This document shows, in pieces, positions 29,405 through 39,152 of a stretch of 64,000 nt of DNA. The DNA comes from a virus, in the IMG/VR virus record IMGVR_UViG_3300032246_001180, positions 64,001 to 128,000 of that record; one strand, written 5' to 3'. The notes under the pieces were generated by a model. It did no database searches and was not told where the DNA came from. It saw nothing but the letters and a program-made list of their open reading frames with translations. The translations under genes and the position numbers were made by a program. Positions within the stretch are counted from its first letter, which is position 1. Each line of letters opens with the position of its first letter.

Positions 29405-29456
29405 AAACAACAACTTGAAAATATCGCTTGACTATATTATGGAAGTATGAGATAAT
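29395..29456 (+). promoter_or_regulatory. Palindrome plus sigma70 promoter (copy 2)
   Basis: TGTTG-TATAAAAA-CAACA 29395-29412; TTGACT 29428; GATAAT 29451. Confidence 0.8.
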
Positions 29457-29479
29457 ACTTGTATTAACTCGGAGAAAAC

Positions 29480-31639
29480 ATGGAACTCATTCAAACTAAG
29501 TCTTTACTTGCCAAACTAATGGCAACTGAAAATCTAATTGTTGAACAACGTAAAGTTGCCACAGCATCCTTTGATGTTGCAAAACGTGTATTGACTGTAC
29601 CTGTGCTGGACAGGAATCTTTCACCATATCTTTATGATATGTTTATGGGTCATGAGGTTGGCCACGCATTGGAAACTCCCGAAGCAGGCATGAAAAAGGC
29701 ATTCGAAATGAAGATTCCTATGTCGATTATGAACGTGCTTGAAGATGTTCGTATTGAAAGAAAAATCAAAAACAAATATCCAGGTCTCCGCACCTCCTTT
29801 GTCAAAGGTTATCGTGAACTAATTGAAAAAGATTTCTTTGGTACAAACGGAGCAGACCTTAATGATATGAATTTTCTTGACCGCCTGAATCTCTATGCAA
29901 AAGGCGGTGCTGCTCAAGGCATCAAATTTACAGACGAAGAAAAAGTAATTCTACTCAAGACCGAAAAAACAGAATCTTATGATGATGTTATCAAACTCGC
30001 TCAAGAAGTTATGAAATACTTGAAAGAAGAAGAAGAAGAAAAAAAGAAAAAACGTGGCGTTAACTTTGAAGAAGATGACGAAGATGAAGAAAACGGTGAT
30101 GATGATTGGTCTTTCCTTGATAACGAAGAATATGACCGTGATGAAGAATGGGATGACCGTGAAGAAAAATCCGAGTTTGATTCGGAAGATAACAAAAAAG
30201 AAAAATCTGAAGATGACGTAAAGAACAAAGGTTCTGCTCCATCCGAAGGTCAGAGATCCGAAGAAGACATTTTCAAATCACATACTGATGACAACTATCG
30301 CAAAAATGAATCCAAACTTTTTGCTTCAGAACCAGGTTCTTACTATTACGGCAATATTCCAAATATTGATTTGAATCGCATGATTGTATCACACAAGGTT
30401 CTTTGGAAACGATATCGTAGTGATGTAATGGAACAATTCTCACATTGTGAAGTTCCATCATCGAAAGGTATCGATACTGAAAGCTTTCTAAAAACTCGTA
30501 ATGATGCTAAAAAAGTTGTTGGTTATTTGGCCAAAGAATTCGAATTGCGTAAAAATGCCGACCAGCTAAAACGTGCATCCGAATCAAAGACTGGTGAATT
30601 GAATATGAGTAAAATATTCTCATATAAATTTTCTGAAGATATCTTTAAAAAGATGACGATTATTCCTGATGGAAAATCTCATGGCTTGGTTATGTTCATT
30701 GATTGGTCTGGTTCAATGTTTGACAACCTGGAAAACACCATCAAACAATTGATTAACTTGGTTATGTTCTGTAAAAAAGTAAATATTCCATACGATGTTT
30801 ATGCTTTCACTTCAGACTATGACGAAGTTGCTGGTCCTGGTTACCGTGTTGCCGAAAAAGAAGGCGATATTTACATGGGTAAACTATATTTGTTGAACTT
30901 GTTCTCAAGTAAAATGAGTGCCAGTGAATTCACTTATGCCGGTTCTGCATTGGTGCAAATGTCCTCATATCGTAGAGGTTATCGTCCTAGTTGGTTCAAC
31001 TTGGGTGGCACACCTTTGAATGAAACTATTATTGCTGCTATGAAGGTTGTGCCTGAATTCCAGAAACAATATAAATTGCAAATTGTAAATACTGTTTTCC
31101 TTACTGATGGTGATGGTCACACTTTGAATAGTGTATATTTCACAGATGATGATGGCCGTTTGTTTACAGGTCAAACAAATGATTACCACGAACCTGGATA
31201 TCGTCATTCTAATAGAAAATTTGTGATGGTTGATCCAGTATCAAAACATCAAGAGTTTTGTGATAATGCAATGGGTCGTAGTTTGACTTCACACTACATC
31301 AAAATGTTAAAACGTAAAACTGGTTGTAACATCGTTGGTTTCTATGTTTTGTCTGGTCGTGAATTTGGTAGAGAAGCAAGAAATTTCTTTCCTGCTATGT
31401 CAGACTTCTTCACATTAAAAGTAAAGTTTCGTAAAGAAAAATGTATGGTTGTTAAATCAGCTGGTTACGATGAATATTATTTGCTCCGTGCGGAAGGCCT
31501 AGATACTGATGAAGATGTGGGTTTTGAAGTTAAAGAAAATGCCACAACCCGTGGCCTTGTATCTGCCTTCAGTAAATATGCAGGCAATCGTTTAAATAAC
31601 CGTGTAGTATTAAATCGTTTTGTGGAGATGATAGCATGA
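29480..31639 (+). CDS. HExxH metallopeptidase-like domain, acidic linker and vWA domain (CobT-like partner of CobS/MoxR ATPase)
   Basis: HEVGHAL, NV.ED.RIE, MIDAS DWSGS...GGTP...TDGD. Confidence 0.85.
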   Translation: MELIQTKSLLAKLMATENLIVEQRKVATASFDVAKRVLTVPVLDRNLSPYLYDMFMGHEVGHALETPEAGMKKAFEMKIPMSIMNVLEDVRIERKIKNKYPGLRTSFVKGYRELIEKDFFGTNGADLNDMNFLDRLNLYAKGGAAQGIKFTDEEKVILLKTEKTESYDDVIKLAQEVMKYLKEEEEEKKKKRGVNFEEDDEDEENGDDDWSFLDNEEYDRDEEWDDREEKSEFDSEDNKKEKSEDDVKNKGSAPSEGQRSEEDIFKSHTDDNYRKNESKLFASEPGSYYYGNIPNIDLNRMIVSHKVLWKRYRSDVMEQFSHCEVPSSKGIDTESFLKTRNDAKKVVGYLAKEFELRKNADQLKRASESKTGELNMSKIFSYKFSEDIFKKMTIIPDGKSHGLVMFIDWSGSMFDNLENTIKQLINLVMFCKKVNIPYDVYAFTSDYDEVAGPGYRVAEKEGDIYMGKLYLLNLFSSKMSASEFTYAGSALVQMSSYRRGYRPSWFNLGGTPLNETIIAAMKVVPEFQKQYKLQIVNTVFLTDGDGHTLNSVYFTDDDGRLFTGQTNDYHEPGYRHSNRKFVMVDPVSKHQEFCDNAMGRSLTSHYIKMLKRKTGCNIVGFYVLSGREFGREARNFFPAMSDFFTLKVKFRKEKCMVVKSAGYDEYYLLRAEGLDTDEDVGFEVKENATTRGLVSAFSKYAGNRLNNRVVLNRFVEMIA

Positions 31640-31857
31640 AAGACGTAGCAACATTTGTAGGTAATAGTGGCGACATTGTGGCCATAATTTATGAGGGTGA
31701 TGGATTCTATAAAGTAAATTATGGATCCGTATTAAAGAGTGATGGTAAACCTGGAATTCCTCTAATGAGTCAGATTTTTAAGACTGAGAGTGATGCAACA
31801 AAATTTGCTGCAGAATACACAAACAAAGGAAACAGTCCCGTATTTTTGAATGAGTGA
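31636..31857 (+). CDS. Hypothetical protein
   Basis: GGAG SD, coupled. Confidence 0.55.
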   Translation: MKDVATFVGNSGDIVAIIYEGDGFYKVNYGSVLKSDGKPGIPLMSQIFKTESDATKFAAEYTNKGNSPVFLNE

Positions 31858-31860
31858 TGT

Positions 31861-32229
31861 ATGAAAAAAAATGATGAAATCCTTTTGATTGCACAAGAAG
31901 AATGTGCAGAAGTAACACAAGCAATTAGTAAAGTATTCCGTTTTGGTATGGATGCAGAACATAATGGTGCAACAAACAAACAAAGGTTAACAGAAGAACT
32001 TGGTGACCTGCATTGTATGATTGAACTATTGCTTGAATCCAATGTTGTTGACCGAAATGAGATGCTTGAAGCAGCTGCTAATAAACGTGAAAAACTATTT
32101 GTGTGGTCTAACATTTTCAAAGAAGAAAAAGAACCAGATATTCGGGTTAGGTGTGCCACATATCCTGCCTGTATTATGAATTCTTTTGATAATCTTACTG
32201 TTAGAAAATTAGAATCTGATGAATACTAA
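31861..32229 (+). CDS. MazG-like all-alpha NTP pyrophosphohydrolase
   Basis: EECAEV..AISK..RFG...EELGDL. Confidence 0.8.
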   Translation: MKKNDEILLIAQEECAEVTQAISKVFRFGMDAEHNGATNKQRLTEELGDLHCMIELLLESNVVDRNEMLEAAANKREKLFVWSNIFKEEKEPDIRVRCATYPACIMNSFDNLTVRKLESDEY

Positions 32230-32347
32230 TGGATATAAATGAATTACTCAGGAGATTACATTCGATCCGGTGTTATACATTTCATGGTAGCACCGCAAAA
32301 CGAATGTTGACTGAATTGATTGTGCAATTAAGTAATGGCCAAAAACA

Positions 32348-32938
32348 ATGATTAATCATTATTTTCCCACAGCAGTATTTTCTGAAATGAATATACCTTT
32401 GGCTGAGGCTATGTTACCGGTTGCACGAAAATATCTGGATAATAAAGATTATGTTAGTAACAAATGGGGTTACAAGAACACTTTTGATAACTCTTGGAAA
32501 TTGGCTGAACAACCTGATATCAAACCATACAATGATTATGTAACGGAAAAAGGTAAACAATTTTTAGATGAGATAGGTTATAATTCAAATGCTTTTGTTG
32601 AATGGCATAACATGGTTTTTGTAAGTGAGATATTTAAAAACAATAATCATGAAAGACATTCACATCCTGATTGCACAATATCTGGACTTTTGTACTTACA
32701 AGTTCCAGAAAATTCTGCACCGCTTATCTTTTTAGATCCTAGGCCGCACAGAGATTTTGTAGCTATGCCTAAATCATTACACAATACGGCCGCAAACAGA
32801 GAGAAAATAGTTATTATTCCACGAAAAGGATTATTCTTAGCATGGGAAGCTTGGTTGCCTCATGCCATACCAAAATCAAATAATGAAGGTGAAGGAAGAA
32901 TTACTATGGTTTTTAATTTAAAAGGTATTCAAAAATGA
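32348..32938 (+). CDS. Putative 2OG-Fe(II) oxygenase (TIGR02466-like)
   Basis: HSH...ISGLLYL, F.DPR, WLPH, RITMVFN. Confidence 0.8.
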   Translation: MINHYFPTAVFSEMNIPLAEAMLPVARKYLDNKDYVSNKWGYKNTFDNSWKLAEQPDIKPYNDYVTEKGKQFLDEIGYNSNAFVEWHNMVFVSEIFKNNNHERHSHPDCTISGLLYLQVPENSAPLIFLDPRPHRDFVAMPKSLHNTAANREKIVIIPRKGLFLAWEAWLPHAIPKSNNEGEGRITMVFNLKGIQK

Positions 32939-33516
32939 ATGAACATATTAATAAAATAAATGAGATGTTATCTAAGACTGGTAAACGCAGACCATCTTTT
33001 GAAATGATGGTTAGTCATGTTATGGCCATTGCCACGATTGACCGGCCATTAATTGTTGAAACTGGTTGTGCTCGCCAAGAGAATAACTATGAGGGTGATG
33101 GAATGTCTACACTCATCTTCAATGAAGTATCCAAAATCAAAGGTGAATTCTGGTCTGTAGATATCAATCCAGATAATATCGAATTTGCCAAAAAGAATTG
33201 TGATAATGCTAATCTAGTTTGTTCCGATTCTATTGCATTTTTATATCAGAAGAATAAAGAATGGTTACAGACAGGTCGTAAGATTGATTTGTTGTACTTA
33301 GATTCTTATGACTTTGACATGAGTAATCCGCATCCGTCTTCCTTACACCACATCCTAGAATTGACTGCAATCATGCCATCACTTAGAAAAGGCACGATGA
33401 TTTGTGTTGATGATAATTTTGGCGACATTGGTAAAGGTGGATATGTTAACCAGTTTATGCTTGCTTTAGGGAAAGAAAAAGTGTATAATGGTTATCAATG
33501 GATATGGATTCTATGA
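32935..33516 (+). CDS. Class I SAM-dependent methyltransferase-like protein
   Basis: IVETG, SVDI, IDLLYLDS, VDD..GKG. Confidence 0.75.
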   Translation: MNEHINKINEMLSKTGKRRPSFEMMVSHVMAIATIDRPLIVETGCARQENNYEGDGMSTLIFNEVSKIKGEFWSVDINPDNIEFAKKNCDNANLVCSDSIAFLYQKNKEWLQTGRKIDLLYLDSYDFDMSNPHPSSLHHILELTAIMPSLRKGTMICVDDNFGDIGKGGYVNQFMLALGKEKVYNGYQWIWIL

Positions 33517-34507
33517 TAAAAGATTTAAAACTAATCGCTGACGAAGTAAATGGTATGTACTACTATGTACATGAGTTAGACCATTCTGTCCGTTTGTCGC
33601 CTAGTTTTGATTATCTTGAAGATGCAGAACAATGGAAGAATCGTACAACAGAAATATTTGACAACTTGGTAAAGGATGATAATAATGAGTAAACAACCTT
33701 GGCGTGAAAACGATTATGAACGAATCATCGAAGTCTTGGAAAGAGAACGGGAAATTCTCCTTAACGATTTCTACAAACCGCAAACCGAAGGCACCGGCCA
33801 TTTTAACACGGCCGCATCGGTACTAGAGATGCGTATCAACTCATACAAAGCGAAACTTGCGGTAGACTCCCTCAGATAAGCTAAGATTTTTTCAACGATT
33901 TCCGGCGCTTCCAAGGAGTTTCAGATATGCTCGATTCAGATACAGTATTTCCAATTTGGCCAGAGCAAACAAGAGCCAATCAAAATCCCAACCAATTAGA
34001 ATTTAAGTTTTTCTGGCCACTTACAGAGCAGATTCCGTTAGACTTAGATTTTACTGGTTGCGAAAAAGAAAAGGTTTACACTTATGGTACAGTTATTGGT
34101 GTTGGTAATGGTACCAGTTATACAATCGCTAACAACACTTGGACAACGACAAGTATTACGGCAGCCAATCTAACGCTTGACGTAGATACAACGACAATTA
34201 AAACATCAGGTAAACCACCCCTGATTCGCAGGTGGTTATATAAACTTTTAGGTTTAAAATGGGAGAGTAAGTAATGGATATGGAAAGTGCAGCTTATTTT
34301 GTTTCAGGTAGTATTCTAGTAATGCTGGGTTTTGTAATAATCGCAATGGGTATTGTAGCAATCAACAATATCTTTGCAGCGTACTGGCAACCGGTGAGGT
34401 TATTCACACCAGACAGTTGGACAGGTTTCAATCCACCATACAAGGAAGAAATCAATAAGACTGATCCGCCTATGTTTGAAAAAGAAGAAGTAAAGAGAAC
34501 TAAATGA
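33513..34507 (+). CDS. Four small hypothetical genes (about 33513-33692, 33685-33879, 33927-34274, 34274-34507)
   Basis: Closely packed ORFs; the last has a TM segment. Confidence 0.5.
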
Positions 34508-35145
34508 AAATACTTGATAACCAACTAGAACACAGTAGACTAATCAACAATCCGATATATCGTCTGACGGGTTGTATGGACACGACAAGGTTCTTCTCTA
34601 ACCTCGCCTCTGCCTGTGTGAAGTTCGGTTATCATGTGGAAGATAGAATCTTTGAACATATCGAAAACGTCAATCTACCTAAGTTAGACTTCATTGGCCA
34701 GTCCACTTTGTTTGGCAATGTAGAGAGATATATTCTAATCAAACCTAAGTTCGGTTCAGAAGTACCAGATGTGGTATTAGTAAATGATAATATAATTAAT
34801 GTATACGAAATCAAAGTAAATTTGAGAAGTTCTGACTCCAAGAAGGCTCATGGAGAAAGAGTGAAATATGAAAGATTGAAAGAATATCTACTGAAAAATT
34901 ATCCATCACATATCACCAATGTCTTTGCAGTAGACTTTCTAGGTGGCGGTGGTGGTGCAACTTCTCTGTATGAAAAGGCAGATGTATTCCAAGTAGTAGA
35001 CGGAGAATCTTTCTGTAGAACTATGGGTATCGATTACCAAAGTGTAATAGATGACCTAGAGAAAGACAGAGAGTATAACCAAGAGTTTATAAAAGATTAT
35101 ATGATATCTCTGTGGGAAAAACCAGCATTGGGATATAATGAGTAG
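34504..35145 (+). CDS. PD-(D/E)XK nuclease-like protein
   Basis: E...PDVVL.....YEIK catalytic pattern. Confidence 0.55.
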   Translation: MKILDNQLEHSRLINNPIYRLTGCMDTTRFFSNLASACVKFGYHVEDRIFEHIENVNLPKLDFIGQSTLFGNVERYILIKPKFGSEVPDVVLVNDNIINVYEIKVNLRSSDSKKAHGERVKYERLKEYLLKNYPSHITNVFAVDFLGGGGGATSLYEKADVFQVVDGESFCRTMGIDYQSVIDDLEKDREYNQEFIKDYMISLWEKPALGYNE

Positions 35146-35386
35146 AACCCTGTTAGGGGCTCCAGAAAAAAATTCCTAGGAAAAAAATTTCGTAGGACAC
35201 AGGTTTCCTCCAGAAAATAAAAGTTTGACTTAACGAGTTTGACCTCCATAGTTTTTTTTTATTAATGACTGCTCCCCATAGTTTTTCACTATCGGCACAA
35301 AAGCGCAAAACAGCGCAATACTTGACCAATCCGGTCAACCAATATCCCCAATAAAATCAACAGCTTACCGGCGCAAAATCTAACGC

Positions 35387-35413
35387 TTGCCATTCTGGCC
35401 GGATTCTGTATAA
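35387..35413 (+). promoter_or_regulatory. Early sigma70 promoter
   Basis: TTGCCA ... TGTATAAT. Confidence 0.75.
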
Positions 35414-35486
35414 TTGAACCCATGCACAAAGCGAAAAGCGTACAAAATACAAAACCGACCAAACCGGTCAAGTATTATTCTAACGC

Positions 35487-35513
35487 TTGCCATTCTGGCC
35501 AATTTGTGTATAA
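35487..35513 (+). promoter_or_regulatory. Early sigma70 promoter (direct-repeat copy)
   Basis: TTGCCA ... TGTATAAT; same -35 context as 35387. Confidence 0.75.
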
Positions 35514-35544
35514 TGGCTATATTGTTTAATTGAAAAGGAAAATT

Positions 35545-35916
35545 ATGTTTACATTTGCTTGTGCCTCTATTGAAGGCTTGACCCTTAACCAAAAGCGTGA
35601 AACCATCGCTGCTTTGCGTGCTTCTATCAAAGCTGACCGTGCCGCTCGCTCTGCCGGTGCTGCTCAGCGCAAAGCTGACCGTGAAGCCGCTAAACTGGCG
35701 AAAGCAGCAACCGCTGTCGCTAAGCGTGAAGCCGCTATCGCTAAGGCTCAGGCTCGCTTGCAAAAGCTGCTCGACAAGCAGAGCGCTCCCGTAGGCACAA
35801 AAGCTCGCAAAGCTAACAAAAAACCTGGCGCTGTGAAAATCACAAAATTCCAGGAAGAAGCTCGGGTTGCTAATGATATCGCTATGGCGCTCGCTGCAAA
35901 GCGCAAAAGCGCTTAA
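35545..35916 (+). CDS. Ala/Lys/Arg-rich basic helical protein (histone-H1-like composition)
   Basis: AAGGA SD; AAKLAKAATAVAKREAAIAKA. Confidence 0.7.
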   Translation: MFTFACASIEGLTLNQKRETIAALRASIKADRAARSAGAAQRKADREAAKLAKAATAVAKREAAIAKAQARLQKLLDKQSAPVGTKARKANKKPGAVKITKFQEEARVANDIAMALAAKRKSA

Positions 35917-35919
35917 TTG

Positions 35920-35986
35920 ATAATAGCTGACCGTTTTGGTCAGCTATTATATCAAAGCTTGCCTTTTTGGTTGGTTTTGATATAAT
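35920..35986 (+). promoter_or_regulatory. Perfect inverted repeat followed by a sigma70 promoter
   Basis: ATAATAGCTGACC-GTTTT-GGTCAGCTATTAT; TTGCCT 35959; TATAAT 35981. Confidence 0.65.
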
Positions 35987-36011
35987 GGCTGCTTAATGAA
36001 AAGGAAATTTT

Positions 36012-36134
36012 ATGCAGGTTTTGATTGGTGCTTTTTTGGTGGTAGTAGGTGCTTATGCTCATGCTGCCGTTATCCCTGCCGTGGAAATTACGGCTCACGC
36101 TGCTCGTCAGCTTTTGATACAGGTGCTCAGCTAA
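36012..36134 (+). CDS. Small hydrophobic/exported peptide (not in ORF track)
   Basis: AAGGA SD; MQVLIGAFLVVVGAYAHA; TAATG-coupled to a 32-aa TM peptide 36134..36232. Confidence 0.5.
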   Translation: MQVLIGAFLVVVGAYAHAAVIPAVEITAHAARQLLIQVLS

Positions 36135-36231
36135 TGACTTTGGCTAAATTTGAAAAAATAATGTTTCCTATAGTTTACGCTATAGCTCTGGTTGTGATAA
36201 TTCTTGATATGATGGTCTGGAGGCCTTACTA

Positions 36232-36981
36232 ATGAAATTGCTATCTACAGGTAACCCCAAAACGCTCAAAGGTGTTGAGCAGGGTTTTAATACCTACATT
36301 CTACACCTCGCTCCTGCTGATGTTTCAGGTTTCGAGGTTTGCCCAAAACGCACCAAAGGTTGCACCGATGCTTGCTTGAATTTAGCTGGTCGAGGTGGAA
36401 TGTTTAAGCGTGGCGAGGTTACCAATGTAATTCAAGAAGCTCGCAAGCGCAAAACCGTGTTTTTCAAGGAAGAGCGTGCTGGTTTCATGGAGTGGTTGGT
36501 TGCTGATATTGAGTTAGCGATTAAACAATCCAAGCGCATGGGATTGACTCCCGTTTTTCGCTTGAATGGCACCAGCGATATATCATGGGAAAAATATTCT
36601 GTGGTTCGCAAAGGTCAGGCATTCTCCAACATTTTCGAAGCTTTCTCTGAGGTTACATTTTATGACTATACTAAAGTGCTTGGTCGCCGTATTGCTGGTA
36701 TTGCTAATTATTCACTTACTTTTTCCGCTGCTGATGGTAATGAGCATGATGTTTATAATGCTATTAGCCAAGGTTATAATGTTGCCGTTGTTTTTGGTAT
36801 AAAGAAAACCCAACCGATGCCAGAATCCTATATCGGTCGCCCCGTGTTTAATGGTGATGATAGCGATTTGCGATTCCTTGATCCCAAAGGTGTGGTTGTC
36901 GGGTTGTATGCGAAAGGTAAAGCCAAAAAAGATACAACCGGCTTTGTGAAATATCCAACCATTATGCTGAAAGCTGCATAA
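36232..36981 (+). CDS. Gene product 88-like phage protein (Cys cluster, RLNGTSD)
   Basis: CP....GC..ACL, FRLNGTSDI, FYDYTK, GD..DLRFLD. Confidence 0.75.
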   Translation: MKLLSTGNPKTLKGVEQGFNTYILHLAPADVSGFEVCPKRTKGCTDACLNLAGRGGMFKRGEVTNVIQEARKRKTVFFKEERAGFMEWLVADIELAIKQSKRMGLTPVFRLNGTSDISWEKYSVVRKGQAFSNIFEAFSEVTFYDYTKVLGRRIAGIANYSLTFSAADGNEHDVYNAISQGYNVAVVFGIKKTQPMPESYIGRPVFNGDDSDLRFLDPKGVVVGLYAKGKAKKDTTGFVKYPTIMLKAA

Positions 36982-36992
36982 TCACCAAAAGG

Positions 36993-37055
36993 TGTTGCGT
37001 AAAAACAACACCATTCTAAAGGACGCTTGACATTTTGCTGAGTATCCTTTAGAAT
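36993..37055 (+). promoter_or_regulatory. Palindrome plus sigma70 promoter (copy 3)
   Basis: TGTTG-CGTAAAAA-CAACA; TTGACA 37027; TAGAAT 37050. Confidence 0.8.
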
Positions 37056-37081
37056 GGTAGTTTAAATTGTGAAAGGTAATT

Positions 37082-37595
37082 ATGACTGATTTTGAAAAAC
37101 GCTGTTATGGTATGACTGAGCAGGAAATTCGTGAAGAATATATGCAAAGTCTTACTGCTCGCCTGTCTGGTCAGGAAATGGTTGTGATGGGTATTCTGTC
37201 TGATTGTCAACACCTGATGGAAATGGGTGATAATCGTGAGATGATCCGTAAAAACCTGAATGTCGCCAAGTTCATTCTTGCCGAAATGATGGAAAATCGT
37301 GAGGTTGCTTAATATGAATAAGAATTGGTTTATTGAGAGGTTGCAGCTAACTACTGATGGTGATAAATTCATCCAGTATGCTACACCTTTTCATAGAAGT
37401 ATTTTTTATAGAATACCAATCGCTGAGTTAGATAACTTTCGCAATTGGTTAGGTAAAGGTAATCGTGGTCTAGTTAAGATACGATATAGAGGTCCTCGTT
37501 TCAATACGCCTTCTGCTAATCGTAGAGGTTATTTGAGTAAACAATCGACCTGCTTAAAGGAAGATGCAACACATTTTTCTGTGTATACGCTGTGA
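37082..37595 (+). CDS. Two small early hypothetical genes (37082-37312, about 37314-37595)
   Basis: SD sequences and packing. Confidence 0.55.
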
Positions 37596-37601
37596 GGTTT
37601 A

Positions 37602-37740
37602 GGTGAGCTGAGATGCTCACCGCTTTTTTCAAAGACGCTTAGATATGCTCTAGGATGCTTTGGAAAAGGTAGGAAAGAATCGGAGAATCGCATCCACAAA
37701 CTAAGAGCCGTTTCGGTATCATAGGTTGCGATAGGTTCTG
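37602..37740 (+). ncRNA. Candidate structured non-coding RNA (three consecutive hairpins)
   Basis: GGTGAGC/GCTCACC; CTTTTTTCAAAG/CTTTGGAAAAGG; ATCGCA/TGCGAT with inner GCCG-TTT-CGGT. Confidence 0.45.
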
Positions 37741-37779
37741 CGACACTTTTCTGCACTTTTTGACACTTTTTAACACTTG
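37741..37779 (+). repeat. 4 copies of a CACTT(TT) repeat at 10-bp phase
   Basis: cgacactttt ctgcactttt tgacactttt taacactt. Confidence 0.75.
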
Positions 37780-37789
37780 AAAGGTTTTT

Positions 37790-38014
37790 ATGGTTTGTTC
37801 TGAGTTTTCTTTATCGCCAGATAATCGTGAGGTAGCGATTACTATTCTGGTGGATAACGATTATGATTCTATTATCAATGGTGATGCACTAGAGCTATTG
37901 AATTCTTATCTGGAATTCGGTCATCGTGGTTATCGTGATTATACGGATATTGAGTTGGTTCGTGAATTGCAAGAGCGTGAATTGTTTGATTGTTTAACTA
38001 TGGAGAATGTATAA
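37790..38014 (+). CDS. Hypothetical acidic protein
   Basis: AAGG SD. Confidence 0.55.
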   Translation: MVCSEFSLSPDNREVAITILVDNDYDSIINGDALELLNSYLEFGHRGYRDYTDIELVRELQERELFDCLTMENV

Positions 38015-38595
38015 TGCCTAACTGGTGTAATAATGTGGTTGAGATATCCCACGAAGATCCTGCTATGATGCAACGGGTTAAAACATCATTTAATGATGGT
38101 CGGTTGCTTGATGAATTTATTCCTGTACCTAAAGACTTGCATATTACAGCAGGCAGGGTAGGTGATAAAGATTCACCTGAGCAAATTGAGTTAGAATCAC
38201 AAGAAAAAACCAATTTAGAAAAGTATGGTTATTCTACTTGGTATGATTATTGTGTGAATGAGTGGGGCACAAAATGGGATGTATCGCCATATGAACCTAT
38301 TACTGCCGATATTGAAAATAATCAAATGACCTTGTCTTTTGATACGGCATGGGCACCACCTGTTGCTGCATATGAAAAACTGGAAGAATTAGGTTTCACG
38401 ATAAAAGCATATTACTACGAATGTGGTATGGGTTTTGCGGGTATGTATTTCTCTGGTTATGATGATTATTATGAATTCGATTCTTTGAGTTCTGATGATG
38501 TTGAGAATATGTTGCCTGAAGATTTAAATGAAATGTTTAATATCTCTGAAAGTATGGCAGAGTGGGAAGCGGAAAACGAGGAAGAAAATGAGTAA
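38014..38595 (+). CDS. YubB/DUF1281-like ferredoxin-fold protein
   Basis: MPNWC.N, WYD....WGTKWD, FDTAWAPP, YYE.GM.FAG. Confidence 0.8.
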   Translation: MPNWCNNVVEISHEDPAMMQRVKTSFNDGRLLDEFIPVPKDLHITAGRVGDKDSPEQIELESQEKTNLEKYGYSTWYDYCVNEWGTKWDVSPYEPITADIENNQMTLSFDTAWAPPVAAYEKLEELGFTIKAYYYECGMGFAGMYFSGYDDYYEFDSLSSDDVENMLPEDLNEMFNISESMAEWEAENEEENE

Positions 38596-38781
38596 ATGGG
38601 ATTTTGTGATTAAAGAGTTGAAAGCACTCCAACAAGAAACGCCAGATACACCAGCAATCGTTGAAGCGTATGTTGAATGGGTTCTACTCAAAGGTTATAC
38701 GATTAAAAAAGGTCAATAATCAAATTATAACCGATTAGCGATAGTCGGTTATTGTGTGATTATTATAATGAAAGGTATATT

Positions 38782-39102
38782 ATGTGTTTGAAATTTGAAA
38801 CTTTGGAATCTGGTGATGTTGGCATGATTGCTAACGGTACTCACTTAGAAGGTTATGTTAATGCCTACTATCACCAGTTGGTCGAGGCGTTTGGCGAACC
38901 AACCTATTCTTCTGGTGGTGATAAAACCACGGTTGAATGGATTATTGAATTTGAAGATGGCGAGGTTGCTACCATTTATGATTATAAGTGTTATGAAACC
39001 CCGCTCGGTCAGTATCGTTGGCACATTGGTGGTTTTAATAATTCCGTGGTGGAAAGAGTCCAATTTGTTGTTTTTAAGCAACAAACAGCAGAAATTGCTT
39101 GA
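38782..39102 (+). CDS. Conserved phage hypothetical protein
   Basis: GT.L.G....Y..LVE.FGEP...DK...EW...ATIYD.K...WHIGG. Confidence 0.65.
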   Translation: MCLKFETLESGDVGMIANGTHLEGYVNAYYHQLVEAFGEPTYSSGGDKTTVEWIIEFEDGEVATIYDYKCYETPLGQYRWHIGGFNNSVVERVQFVVFKQQTAEIA

Positions 39103-39126
39103 CTTCTCCATCCATACCTGTATAAT
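39066..39126 (+). promoter_or_regulatory. Palindrome plus sigma70 promoter (copy 4)
   Basis: TGTTG-TTTTTAAG-CAACA; TTGACT 39099; TATAAT 39121. Confidence 0.8.
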
Positions 39127-39152
39127 TGTTGTTTTAATAGTGAGGAAATCGA

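Larger units (their letters stand above)
35146..35544. other. Largest non-coding gap: A/T tracts, repeats and tandem promoters marking the start of the early region
   Basis: About 400 nt without a credible ORF; repeated CCATAGTTTTT; TCTAACGCTTGCCATTCTGGCC repeated 100 bp apart. Confidence 0.6.

Noticed and set aside
30020-30220. GAA/GAT-rich repeat as a DNA element
   Set aside because: Explained by the acidic linker of the vWA protein
35996-36232. 78-aa ORF as listed in the track
   Set aside because: SD positions favour two peptides, 36012..36134 and 36134..36232
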